Shown piece by piece: positions 55,418 to 64,000 of a stretch of DNA of 64,000 bases. The notes under the pieces were generated by a model, which was given only the letters and a program-made list of their open reading frames with translations, was not told where the DNA came from and ran no database searches. The stretch lies in the NCBI GenBank assembly GCA_013336225.1, contig JAAXUC010000003.1, positions 9,564-73,563 on the forward strand, read 5' to 3'. A program made the position numbers and the translations under genes. This DNA is from Candidatus Moraniibacteriota bacterium. GTDB lineage: Bacteria > Patescibacteriota > Minisyncoccia > Moranbacterales > GWC2-37-73. Each line of letters starts with the position of its first letter. The stretch's first letter is position 1.

Positions 55418-56359
55418 TCATTTTTTCAAAAATTTTGCAACTTCGTTTTCAATCCCCGAATAATTCTCAATCCAAATAATTTCTTTGTTTCGCTTGAGCC
55501 AGGTCATTTGACGCTTGGCATAGTGAATGATGTCGAAATATAGCTTCTCACGCATTTCCTTTTCCGAAATTTGATCTTGCAAAAAGCGTGAAACCCAGCG
55601 ATATTCCAAGCCGATGCGTTCCATCCATTGCCAAGTCGTGCCATTTTCGTGAAGGCTTTGAACTTCAGTAATCATGCCTTCATCGAAACGCTCATCAAGG
55701 CGTTTTTGAATTTTTTCGTTCAATTCTTTTCGTTCAATTTTTATTCCAATTTGCAAGAAGTTATATTCCTTATTTGATGCTCCATGCTCCATGCTCCATG
55801 TCTTGTGATTGGGCACCTTGCCAATTGCTTTGCAAATTTCAATTGCGCGCACGAGACGCACTTTGTTTTTGCTGTCGATATTATTGGCGCGCTCTGGGTC
55901 AAGTTTTTGCAATTGTAAAAAAAGCTCTTCCAGACTTTGTTTTTCAAGAATTTCTCGTAGTTCAGGATCGGGTGCAACTTCTGGAATGCTGACATTTTTG
56001 ACTACTGCATCAATCCAAAATCCTGTGCCGCCGCAAATGATTGGAACTTTTCCTTTGCCAAGAATTTCAACAATGGCTTTTTCGGCTAATGTTTTGAAGT
56101 GCGAAACATTGAAATCCTCCATCGGATCAGCCACATCAATCAAATGATGAGGAATTTTTTCTGATAAAAATACCTCACGCTTCATGCTCCATATTCCAGG
56201 AACCTTGCCCGTCCCAATGTTCATTTTGCGATAAACTTGTCGGCTATCGGCAGAAATAATTTCACCATTGAATTTCTTGGCAAGTTCAAGAGCCGCACTG
56301 GATTTTCCAGAGGATGTTGGTCCCATGACAACTATTATTTTTGATACTTGTTTTTGCAT
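55418..56359 (-). CDS. miaA: tRNA dimethylallyltransferase
   Basis: IIVVMGPTSSGKSSAALELAKKFNGEIISADSRQVYRKMNIGTGK. The ORF is open to 56638, but the N-terminal 93 aa are low-complexity and overlap the REC gene, so I prefer the start MQKQVSK. Confidence 0.8.
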   Translation of the reverse strand: MQKQVSKIIVVMGPTSSGKSSAALELAKKFNGEIISADSRQVYRKMNIGTGKVPGIWSMKREVFLSEKIPHHLIDVADPMEDFNVSHFKTLAEKAIVEILGKGKVPIICGGTGFWIDAVVKNVSIPEVAPDPELREILEKQSLEELFLQLQKLDPERANNIDSKNKVRLVRAIEICKAIGKVPNHKTWSMEHGASNKEYNFLQIGIKIERKELNEKIQKRLDERFDEGMITEVQSLHENGTTWQWMERIGLEYRWVSRFLQDQISEKEMREKLYFDIIHYAKRQMTWLKRNKEIIWIENYSGIENEVAKFLKK

Positions 56360-56450
56360 TACTTTGGAGTATACTATAAAAAAGGTAAAAAAAGCAATAA
56401 GTATGAGTAGTTCTTTATGTATCAAAAATAAAACAGGAGGTTGGTGCGCA

Positions 56451-56837
56451 ATGAAAAAAATATTAGTGGTTGATGATGAAGAAAATATTAGATTTATCAT
56501 GAGCTTGCTTTTAAGCAAAACGCAACTTTTCACGGTTTTATTGGCGAAAAATGGCAATGAGGCATTAGAGATTATAGATGAAAACAAGGACATTCGTTGT
56601 GTAATTTCGGATATTATGATGCCTGAAATGGGTGGCATTCAACTGTATCAACATTTGAAATGTCACAATGTGGACATCCCATTCATATTTATGAGTGGCT
56701 ATAATGAATCAGGGGATGCTGAAATTATCAATGAAAATAATTTGATTTTTTTTACAAAACCGTTTTCATTTAATAACATCCTTAAGGAGGTGGAAAAATT
56801 GATTTTTGAGCAGGATGTTGAAGTAGTTTTGGTTTGA
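56451..56837 (+). CDS. Stand-alone REC (CheY-like) receiver protein
   Basis: SD aggagg upstream. VVDDEEN…ISDIMMPEMGG. 128 aa. Confidence 0.75.
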   Translation: MKKILVVDDEENIRFIMSLLLSKTQLFTVLLAKNGNEALEIIDENKDIRCVISDIMMPEMGGIQLYQHLKCHNVDIPFIFMSGYNESGDAEIINENNLIFFTKPFSFNNILKEVEKLIFEQDVEVVLV

Positions 56838-56961
56838 TTGTAGATTTTTTTTAAGCGTTTTTCCAAATGAAAAAACGCTTTTTTTATGCTTGCTTTCTTG
56901 TTTTTTTGTAGTATACTGCGCTAATTGGATATATTGGTTCTTTAAAAAAAAGGGGGGTGCT

Positions 56962-57195
56962 ATGGGCGAGATTAATTATGGGATTATCGGAAATATTTGC
57001 AAAGAGTGTTCTAAGGCCAAGGCCTCCATGGATAGAATTTATTCAAAGAAAGCTCTTAATGAGGTTTTGAATGAAGCATTGGAGCTTGCTTGCAGACAGC
57101 ATGATAGTGGCGAATTATGTGATTGTCCCTTTAATCAAACGAAAAAAGTGCTGGAATTTCTTGGCAATCAATGCGCTTTTTGTGATAACAAATAA
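56962..57195 (+). CDS. Small Cys-rich (zinc-ribbon-like) protein, possible paralog of CDS 55137..55370
   Basis: SD aaggggggtg upstream. CKECSK…CDCPF…CAFC. 77 aa. Confidence 0.45.
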   Translation: MGEINYGIIGNICKECSKAKASMDRIYSKKALNEVLNEALELACRQHDSGELCDCPFNQTKKVLEFLGNQCAFCDNK

Positions 57196-57404
57196 GCTCT
57201 CATCTACAATGAGGTGTTGCCTTATATTAAAAAAGAAAATCCACTCAAGGAAAAGGAGGGCAAGAAAGATCGCATAGCTGCAAAAGTTACAGGTAATCCA
57301 GGCAGGAAAGTTGTATATTTGTCTGAAATTATATCAAAAACATGATTAATGATTTGATTTCACTAATAACTCAAAAATAGTTTTCCAAAAAGGGGTGTAA
57401 TGCT

Positions 57405-57782
57405 ATGAGTCTTGGCCATGATATGGTATTAATTGCTGATGATGATGAAAATCAGCGGCGTGCGCTTGGTAAAATTCTGAGCAGATCTGGCTATGTTGTG
57501 TCTTTAGTCGCTAATGGTGAGGATGCCTTGAGAATCTTTGAAGAAAAAGATTGCATGTTCGATCTTATTATTACCGATTTTTGCATGCCAATAGAAGGTG
57601 ATGGGCTCAAACTCCTTCACAACATCAGAAAGCTTTCTGATGTGCCGATGGTTTTGGTTACCGGTTCTTCTGTTGGAGAAGTGGAATATGAAAAATTGCA
57701 AAGTTTTTTTAATGATCTTGCTGCGAAGCCCGTAAGTTCAGAAAGACTTGTTGCAATAGTGAATGAGCTTATCGTTAGATGA
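57405..57782 (+). CDS. Stand-alone REC (CheY-like) receiver protein
   Basis: IADDDENQRR…ITDFCMPIEGDG. 125 aa. Confidence 0.75.
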   Translation: MSLGHDMVLIADDDENQRRALGKILSRSGYVVSLVANGEDALRIFEEKDCMFDLIITDFCMPIEGDGLKLLHNIRKLSDVPMVLVTGSSVGEVEYEKLQSFFNDLAAKPVSSERLVAIVNELIVR

Positions 57783-57786
57783 TGCA

Positions 57787-57820
57787 AAGAGGTGACTTTA
57801 TTAAAGTCACCTCTTTTTTT
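57787..57820. terminator. Bidirectional terminator
   Basis: aagaggtgactttattaaagtcacctcttttttt. Confidence 0.75.
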
Positions 57821-57823
57821 AAT

Positions 57824-59239
57824 CTAATTTAGTTTAGCCTCCAGATTCCAAATATTGGCCTTGGTGATTTGAACTTTGATTATTTTGCCGAGCAGATCTT
57901 TTTTCTTTGACTCAACTTTCACATTCTTTTGTGTCCTAGTCTTTCCAAAGTAGGAACCATTTTTTTCTTTTTCAATAATCACTTCCATTTTTTTTCCAAC
58001 ATATTTTTTATTATTAGTGAAGGCTGTTTTTTTGAGAATTTCATTGAGAAAATTTTCACGTCTGAATTTTTCAGCTTGGGAAACATCATCTTTTAAGCCC
58101 CAAGCCACTGTTTCTGGGCGAGGAGAAAATTGTCCAAAAAAGACCATGTCATATTTTGTTTTTTCCATCACTGTGGCAGACTGGAGAAATTGCTTCTTTG
58201 TTTCACCTGGAAAACCTACGATAATATCAGAAGAAATTGAAAATAAAGCAGCTGGTTTATGTTTCTTGAAAGCAGATTTTATTTTCCTGATTCTTGCCAG
58301 GTAATGTTTTTGGGTGTATTTGCGATTCATTCTGCGCAAAATTTCATCATCTCCAGCTTGCACAGGAAGGTGAATCCATTCGCAAACTTTTTTGAGCTTA
58401 GCAATGTTTTCAATGAGTTCATCACTCATATCCTTGGGGTGTGAGGAGACAAATTGAATCCAAAATTTTCCAGGAATGGCATTGATTTTTTTGAGTAATT
58501 CAGTGAATGTTAATGCTTTTGCTCCATGTTTCATGCTCCATGTTCCATGATAAGAATTTACATTTTGTCCGAGCAATGTAATGCTTTTGTATCCTCTCGC
58601 AATCAGATCTTTAACTTCTGTGATGATTTCTTCAGCAGGCCGAGAAACTTCACGTCCCCGGGCATTCGGCACTACACAATATGAACAGAAATTGTTGCAT
58701 CCAGTCATGATTGGAACGTAGGCGGAGAATGCGCTTTGATATTTTGGGTTTATTGATAAGTAATCTATTTTTTCTTTACTTAGGATATTTTTCGTATTTC
58801 GTATTTCGTATTTCATCCCTAGGATAAGCTTGGGGCAAATATTTTGTATTTTTGAATTCATATGAGATACGTCATACAAGATACAAGATACGGATTCAGG
58901 AAAGTTTTTGATTTCACAAAAAAGATCAACCTTAGTTTTCATGCGTTTTTGCACATCGGCTCGATTGGCCAGGCAGCCTGTCATAATGATAGCTTTTAGC
59001 TTCTGGCTTTTAGCTTTTAGCTCAGCTTTGCGCAAATTGTTGATCATGCTGTAGGCGCGATTTTCTGCGGTTTGTTTGATACCGCAAGTATTGAAAATGA
59101 CCAAGTCAGCATCCTGGATTTTTTCAGTTAAAGAAAAACCTTGCTCTTCCAAGAAAGTTGCGATGCGCTCACTGTCAGAAACATTCATTTGGCAGCCGAA
59201 AGTTTTGATGAAATATTTCATAAATCTGCAATGATTCAA
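57824..59239 (-). CDS. miaB: tRNA-i6A37 methylthiotransferase (MiaB-type radical-SAM MTTase)
   Basis: MTTase N-domain (IKTFGCQMNVSDSE), radical-SAM CNNFCSYCVVP, and a TRAM C-terminus. It contains two in-frame repeat insertions (58788..58892 and 58990..59027). Confidence 0.85.
   Translation of the reverse strand: MNHCRFMKYFIKTFGCQMNVSDSERIATFLEEQGFSLTEKIQDADLVIFNTCGIKQTAENRAYSMINNLRKAELKAKSQKLKAIIMTGCLANRADVQKRMKTKVDLFCEIKNFPESVSCILYDVSHMNSKIQNICPKLILGMKYEIRNTKNILSKEKIDYLSINPKYQSAFSAYVPIMTGCNNFCSYCVVPNARGREVSRPAEEIITEVKDLIARGYKSITLLGQNVNSYHGTWSMKHGAKALTFTELLKKINAIPGKFWIQFVSSHPKDMSDELIENIAKLKKVCEWIHLPVQAGDDEILRRMNRKYTQKHYLARIRKIKSAFKKHKPAALFSISSDIIVGFPGETKKQFLQSATVMEKTKYDMVFFGQFSPRPETVAWGLKDDVSQAEKFRRENFLNEILKKTAFTNNKKYVGKKMEVIIEKEKNGSYFGKTRTQKNVKVESKKKDLLGKIIKVQITKANIWNLEAKLN
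58788..58892. repeat. Family-Y AT-rich palindromic element inserted in-frame inside miaB
   Basis: ttcgtatttcgtatttcgtatttca … gagatacgtcatacaagatacaagatacgg. It encodes ~35 extra aa (…GMKYEIRNTKNILSKEKIDYLS…) in the linker before the radical-SAM core. Confidence 0.7.
58990..59027. repeat. 9-bp tandem repeat (gctaaaagc family) in-frame in miaB; the same repeat occurs in rlmN at 36829..36864
   Basis: agcttttagcttctggcttttagcttttagctcagc (minus strand: ELKAKSQKLKA). rlmN has aaactaaaagctaaaagcgaaaagctaaaagc (KLKAKSEKLKA). Confidence 0.7.
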
Positions 59240-59277
59240 TAAATGATATTATACAGGGAATCTGCGCAATATATAGG

Positions 59278-59388
59278 TTTTTGCTTCACCTACTTTTTCT
59301 TGAAGCCGTAGCGAGCGACAGTGAGGTCCGAGTGAGTAGCTATGAATTTCGGCTGCGAATGTGCTCTCAAGAGAAAGCAGGTGAAGCA
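59278..59388. repeat. GC-rich palindromic element, copy C
   Basis: ttgcttcacctac…gcaggtgaagcaa termini. The core is ~90% identical to copy A. Confidence 0.8.
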
Positions 59389-59480
59389 AGAATGTCCTTC
59401 TTTTATTTCTGGAACTTTGTATTGCGTATAATCTGGTATAAGTAAGGGCGACTCAAATTAGAGTCGCCCAGTATAGCTAT

Positions 59481-59666
59481 TTAATTAAAAACAGCCATTC
59501 GTATTGTTGTAATTTCATGAGGGTGAAACCTGCCCTTTACGAGTAGGTTATGCAAAACTTCTGGCGTGATGTCCTTTGTGTCTGCTGGTATTGCAGACAT
59601 GGCTGTGACAACATCATGACAAGGAAATTTTTTGCTAAGTTTTTCCCTAAGCTCGTTTCTGTCCAT
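59481..59666 (-). CDS. Hypothetical small protein (61 aa)
   Basis: SD gggagg lies 8 nt upstream of the ATG. Between thrS and miaB on the same strand. Confidence 0.45.
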   Translation of the reverse strand: MDRNELREKLSKKFPCHDVVTAMSAIPADTKDITPEVLHNLLVKGRFHPHEITTIRMAVFN

Positions 59667-59726
59667 GATTAATTCCTCCCGAGATTTGATTTTACACTTG
59701 AAATTAAATTAAAACAAAAGAACTGA

Positions 59727-61487
59727 TTAATGCTTATCTTTAACTTTTTTTACCACATTTTGTATGAAATTGTCAAGGGAAAGTGTCTCTTGCTCTCTGA
59801 CTGACCGTGTTCGAATGGCCACGGTTTTGTCAGCAACTTCTTTTTCTCCCATCACGATGATATATGGAGTTTTCATTTTCTCAGCCAGAGAAATTCTTTT
59901 TCCAAGAGATTCTGCCTGATCATACATTTCAATTCTGATGTCATTTTCAAGTAATGCTTTCTTCACTTCCTCAGCATAATCAGCAAATTTTTCAGAGATT
60001 GGCAAAATTGCAACTTGCACCGGTGAAAGCCAGAGCGGGAAAGCGCCAGCAAAATGTTCAATCAAAAGCATCATAAATCTTTCATATGATCCCAGGATTG
60101 CGCGATGCACCATGACTGGTGAGGATTTTGTGCCTTCATTGTTGGTGTATTCCAAATCAAATCTTTTGGGGGTTGCAAAATCAAGTTGCACTGTTGGGAT
60201 TTGAATTTCTTTGCCGAGAGAATCTTTAAACATGAAATCCAATTTCGGGCCATAAAGAGCTGCTTCTCCTTCATGATTGATGGCATTTAATCCCATTTCA
60301 TCTGAAATTTCTTGTAGCATCTGCTCGCAAAGATCCCAATCTGAAGCTTCGCCAATATATTTTTCAGGATGCTCATAGTCGCGCACTGAAAGGTAAACAC
60401 TGTGATTGTCCCACATTCCAAGCGAGGTGTAGAAATTTTGAATAATTTCCACCATATTTTTCACTTCTTGCTTGACTTGGTCGACTGTGCAAAAAGAGTG
60501 TCCATCTTCCACTGTAATGGCAATCACGCGTTGCAAACCTCCGATTTCTCCTGGCTTTTCATCGCGATATTGTTTTTCACTTTCCATATAGCGGATAGGG
60601 AGGTCGCGATATGAACGCGCTTTGGACGCAAAAATCTGAGTTTGATGCGGGCATTGTACCGGCTTCATGACATAGTTTTGCTTGTAATGTGAGGTGACCT
60701 GGAAAAGTTCTTCGCCAAATTTTTGAGCATGTCCTGATTTTTCATAGAGATCAATCTTGGCCAAATGTGGAGTGGAAACTTTTTGGAAACCATAACCGCG
60801 ACAAACTTTTTCAATATGCTTTTGCAATTCATCCTTGATGATTGTTCCATTGGGTGTGAAAAGGGGAAGCCCTGGTCCAACCAAATCTGAAAAACAAAAT
60901 AGATCCAATTCTTTGCCGAGTTTGCGGTGATCTCTCTTGGCCGCTTCCTCAACTAAATGAAAATAGTTTTTAAGTTCATCTTTGTTTTCAAAAACCACTC
61001 CATAGATTCTTTGCAATTGTTGTTTTTCAGCATCTGCTTTCCAATATGCTCCGGAAATTTTAGTGAGGGCAAAAGCGCGCTGATCAATTTTCCCAGCAGA
61101 TTCAAGGTGTGGGCCAGAGCAAAGATCCACAAAGTTTCCAGATTTATAGACAGTGACAGTCTCATTGCCAGCTTTGTGCAGGTCATCGATGAGTTCAAGT
61201 TTTAGAGTTTGTTTAAGCTGTTTGAATTTTTCAATCGCTTCAACAACTGTTATTTCAGCTTTTTCAAATTCACGATTCTCTTTGATGATTGCTTTCATTT
61301 TTTCTTCCAGCAAGGGAAGATCTTCAGGGATCAGGGTGCGTGGCAAATCAAAATCATAGTAGAATCCATTTTCAATGGCCGGTCCGATTCCGAATTTGGC
61401 TTCCGGAAACATTTCCAAAACCGCAGCAGCCAGGACGTGAGCAGTGGAGTGTCTTAAAAGTTCTAATTTGTTTATTTCTGGTTTCAT
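59727..61487 (-). CDS. thrS: Threonyl-tRNA synthetase (lacking the N-terminal TGS domain)
   Basis: N2 editing-domain motif LRHSTAHVLAAAVLEMFPEAKFGIGPAIENGFYYDF, class II core, anticodon-binding C-terminus. The ORF is open to 61523, but the first 12 codons derive from the family-X repeat, so I prefer the start MKPEINK. Confidence 0.88.
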   Translation of the reverse strand: MKPEINKLELLRHSTAHVLAAAVLEMFPEAKFGIGPAIENGFYYDFDLPRTLIPEDLPLLEEKMKAIIKENREFEKAEITVVEAIEKFKQLKQTLKLELIDDLHKAGNETVTVYKSGNFVDLCSGPHLESAGKIDQRAFALTKISGAYWKADAEKQQLQRIYGVVFENKDELKNYFHLVEEAAKRDHRKLGKELDLFCFSDLVGPGLPLFTPNGTIIKDELQKHIEKVCRGYGFQKVSTPHLAKIDLYEKSGHAQKFGEELFQVTSHYKQNYVMKPVQCPHQTQIFASKARSYRDLPIRYMESEKQYRDEKPGEIGGLQRVIAITVEDGHSFCTVDQVKQEVKNMVEIIQNFYTSLGMWDNHSVYLSVRDYEHPEKYIGEASDWDLCEQMLQEISDEMGLNAINHEGEAALYGPKLDFMFKDSLGKEIQIPTVQLDFATPKRFDLEYTNNEGTKSSPVMVHRAILGSYERFMMLLIEHFAGAFPLWLSPVQVAILPISEKFADYAEEVKKALLENDIRIEMYDQAESLGKRISLAEKMKTPYIIVMGEKEVADKTVAIRTRSVREQETLSLDNFIQNVVKKVKDKH

Positions 61488-61595
61488 AAAATTTCGAATT
61501 TCGAATTTCGAATTTTGAATCAAATCTGAATGATTGAATGTTTAAAAATTTAAACATTGGAAATTCATTCGAAATTCAAAATTGGAAATTAAAAA
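61488..61595. repeat. AT-rich palindromic element, family X copy 2
   Basis: aaatttcgaatttcgaatttcgaattttgaatcaaatctgaatgattgaatgtttaaaaatttaaacattggaaattcattcgaaattcaaaattggaaatt; ~90% identical to 14503..14612. Confidence 0.7.
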
Positions 61596-61837
61596 TTATT
61601 AAATAAAAAAAGTACCATCAAATAAGAGAATAGGAAAATTATAAACTTTCCACATCGAGACTCTTGATTTACACCAAGGGTGGTTCCACTCGATTTCCCG
61701 TATTATTTGGGCACTTTGTGCGCTTATTTGTAAGCAGCTTAAACAGAGATTTTTTGCGAGTTGGTAATTCGCATCTCATTTCATTGTGTCTATAGTATAC
61801 AAAATATTATATAAAAAGCAAGTTTTTAAAATTGAAT

Positions 61838-61884
61838 TTTTTCGTATTCATACAAAATACAAAATACAAAATACGGGATACGCG
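61838..61884. repeat. Family-Y heptamer tract (atacaaa x3, atacggg, atacgcg)
   Basis: ttcgtattcatacaaaatacaaaatacaaaatacgggatacgcg, directly 3' of the dnaE stop. Confidence 0.6.
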
Positions 61885-61885
61885 A

Positions 61886-64000
61886 TTAAGCTAGTTCTGC
61901 ATTTCCGCCTTGGACGAGTTTTTTTATTTCTGTCAGCACATCTGGATGATGCTCAATTGAAAATGGCGTCTCAAGTTTATTGGCTTGATGATGCAGGAAA
62001 ACTTTGCAGGAACCAATCGTGCAAGTATTGAAAAATTTGGAAAGATTGTGAATGATTTCCGGGGTGGCATTTGGAGGAAGGGTGACAATTAGTCTATTAA
62101 ATTGATTTGAATTTTGATTATTGGTTTCTGATGCATGATGACTTTCGGCAATTACGCCACTGCCGCCTTGTTGATTGTGATCATCATTATTTTCATCACT
62201 ATCATCTTTCACCCCGTAAGTTTTCTTGGTTGCTTCCACGCGCAAATAGTTTTCAATTTCACCGCGGTTAAGTTCTTTGGCTTCATCAACAATGAGTTTG
62301 TAGACACCATCTTTGTCAGACAATCTGCCTTCAGCAATGATCATGCGTTCTTCTTCCCAAACACTGCCCATGCGCTCAAGAACTTTTGGAAAAACCAAAA
62401 CTTCAATTTTTCCTTTAGTGTCTTCAAGCATCACAAAAAGCATGGTTTCTTGCCGCTTGGTGAGAATTTTTTGAATTTTTTGAATTACTCCGCCAACGGC
62501 AATTTTTTGTCCAACCAATTCGGGAGTCAATTTGTCCAATGAAACTGCAACCTTGTCGATATATGCTTGATATTCTTTCACTGGATGTCCGCTGACATAG
62601 AGTCCAAGCAGTTCTTTTTCCCATTGCAATTGTTGTCTTTTGGAAGCAGGATCAACTTCAAGCAGCGGCACTTGCGGCGTTTCTAAAATGGCTTCGCCAA
62701 ATAGGCTGACCTGATTGGAGTTTTTGGATTTCTGCACACTCTTGGTGAACATTAAAATTTGTTCCATGCTTTGCACAATTTGATTTCTTTCGCCAAGCTC
62801 ATCAAGTGCGCCAACCTTTGCCAAGGCATCGATGGATTTTTTGTTGAGATCTTTCGTTTCAACTCTTTCCAAAAAGTCTCCCAGTGATTTGAATTTTCCA
62901 CCGCGCTTTCGCTCGGCCACGATTTCATGGGCAATCACGTGACCCACATTTTTGATTGCATTAAATCCGAAGCGAATATTTTCGCTTCCATCCGCATTTT
63001 CAATCACAGCAAAATCCTCAAAACTTTCATTCACGTTTGGTGCCAAAACTTTGATTCCCATGTCATGGCATTCAGCAGCTTCAATGGCGATGCGATCAAT
63101 GTTGTCCTGATCAGACGTTTGCAAGGCAGCCATAAATGCGGCAGGGTAGTGAGCTTTGAGATAGGCTGTTTGATATCCAATGATTGCATAGCAAGCGGCA
63201 TGCGAGCGATTGAAACCATAGCCAGCAAAAGGTTCAATGAAAGAGAAAACCTTTTCGGCAATTTCCTTGGTGCTGCCATTGGCAACACAGCCTTCCACAA
63301 ATTTAATTTTTTGTTCCTTAATCAATTCAAAAATTTTCTTACCCATCGCTTTGCGCAGCACATCAGCTTCGCCCATAGTGAAGCCTGCCAAATCACGAGC
63401 GATCTGCATCACTTGTTCTTGATACACAGCCACGCCGTACGTGTTTTTCAAAATCGGCTCCAATTTAGGATGAACATATTTAATTCTGCGTCCGTGTTTG
63501 CCGGAAATAAAATCAGGAATCCAATCCATTGGTCCTGGACGATAGAGTGCCACCATCGCAATGATGTCTTCAATGATGGTTGGTTTAAGCAATTTCAAAT
63601 AGCGTTTCATGCCGGAACTTTCAAATTGGAAAACTCCAGTGGTGCGTGCTTGTTGAAAAAGTTCATAGGTTTTGGCATCATCAATTGGGATGGTGTCAAT
63701 GTCAATATCAACTCCCTTGGTTGCTTTGACAATGCGCAAAGTGTTTTGAATGATGGTGAGATTTTTCAGTCCTAAAAAGTCCATCTTGAGTAGTCCAATT
63801 TTTTCCACATAAGAAGATTTGGTGGAGCAGGAATATTGCGTCACTGTTCCTTCGCGCGAACCAGTGATGTTTTGAATGGGGGAATAATAGGTGACAGGTT
63901 CCTTAGTGATCACTACGCCGCAGGCATGCATGCCAGCATGACGAACCACGCCTTCTAGGCGCATAGCACTGTCAATGAGTTTTCGTGCATCAGTACTTCC
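61886..64000 (-). CDS. dnaE: DNA polymerase III alpha subunit (C-terminal ~700 aa; gene continues beyond the window end)
   Basis: …GYGFNRSHAACYAIIGYQTAYLKAHYPAAFMAALQT…, with fingers/thumb and an OB-fold region. The ORF is open at the window edge. Confidence 0.9.
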   Translation of the reverse strand, partial: GSTDARKLIDSAMRLEGVVRHAGMHACGVVITKEPVTYYSPIQNITGSREGTVTQYSCSTKSSYVEKIGLLKMDFLGLKNLTIIQNTLRIVKATKGVDIDIDTIPIDDAKTYELFQQARTTGVFQFESSGMKRYLKLLKPTIIEDIIAMVALYRPGPMDWIPDFISGKHGRRIKYVHPKLEPILKNTYGVAVYQEQVMQIARDLAGFTMGEADVLRKAMGKKIFELIKEQKIKFVEGCVANGSTKEIAEKVFSFIEPFAGYGFNRSHAACYAIIGYQTAYLKAHYPAAFMAALQTSDQDNIDRIAIEAAECHDMGIKVLAPNVNESFEDFAVIENADGSENIRFGFNAIKNVGHVIAHEIVAERKRGGKFKSLGDFLERVETKDLNKKSIDALAKVGALDELGERNQIVQSMEQILMFTKSVQKSKNSNQVSLFGEAILETPQVPLLEVDPASKRQQLQWEKELLGLYVSGHPVKEYQAYIDKVAVSLDKLTPELVGQKIAVGGVIQKIQKILTKRQETMLFVMLEDTKGKIEVLVFPKVLERMGSVWEEERMIIAEGRLSDKDGVYKLIVDEAKELNRGEIENYLRVEATKKTYGVKDDSDENNDDHNQQGGSGVIAESHHASETNNQNSNQFNRLIVTLPPNATPEIIHNLSKFFNTCTIGSCKVFLHHQANKLETPFSIEHHPDVLTEIKKLVQGGNAELA

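Noticed and set aside
56268-56638. Long overlapping ORF extensions: 406-aa miaA (to 56638) and 189-aa REC ORF (from 56268)
   Set aside because: The two extensions overlap each other on opposite strands and are low-complexity. SD-supported internal starts (56359 and 56451) give proteins of canonical length.
61668-61692. T-box-like motif aagggtggttccactcg upstream region of thrS
   Set aside because: It partially matches the T-box AGGGTGGNACCGCG, but it is on the plus strand whereas thrS is on the minus strand. No plus-strand aaRS gene follows. Chance resemblance.
1-64000. Mobile genetic elements / prophage / defense islands
   Set aside because: I found no transposase, integrase, recombinase, restriction-modification, toxin-antitoxin or cas genes. 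The only mobile-like features are the short non-coding repeat families.

Overview
This is a low-GC bacterial window with tightly packed, mostly short genes and many orphan REC domains. There are also TGS-less ThrRS, bacterial Elp3, cupin-type PGI and giant surface proteins, which together are suggestive of a streamlined CPR/Patescibacteria-like genome; that is my inference and is not proven. The coding content is two paralogous giant NHL/Ig-like surface proteins, then housekeeping genes, then a second half with housekeeping genes (listed in the features) and two tRNAs plus a tRNA-like remnant. I found no transposase, integrase or CRISPR-Cas. Findings, most interesting first: (1) a divergently transcribed bacterial Elp3 homolog and Trm9-like methyltransferase, a eukaryote/archaea-style pair for wobble-U34 mcm5U-type modification. 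(2) The two giant-protein genes share near-identical 3' ends, and each is followed by tandem ~115-bp hairpin-rich repeats whose ends mimic the genes' final codons, consistent with 3' cassette conversion. (3) Several intergenic repeat families: a GC-rich ~110-bp palindromic element in 3 copies, and AT-rich palindromic elements built from 7-bp tandem repeats. (4) Repeat-derived in-frame insertions inside essential genes, namely miaB, uppP and rlmN. (5) An archaeal-type cupin phosphoglucose isomerase next to ManC, and a DUF2892/CsoR-like/TrxB redox module. (6) Orphan receiver domains paired with small Zn-ribbon proteins around miaA/miaB.
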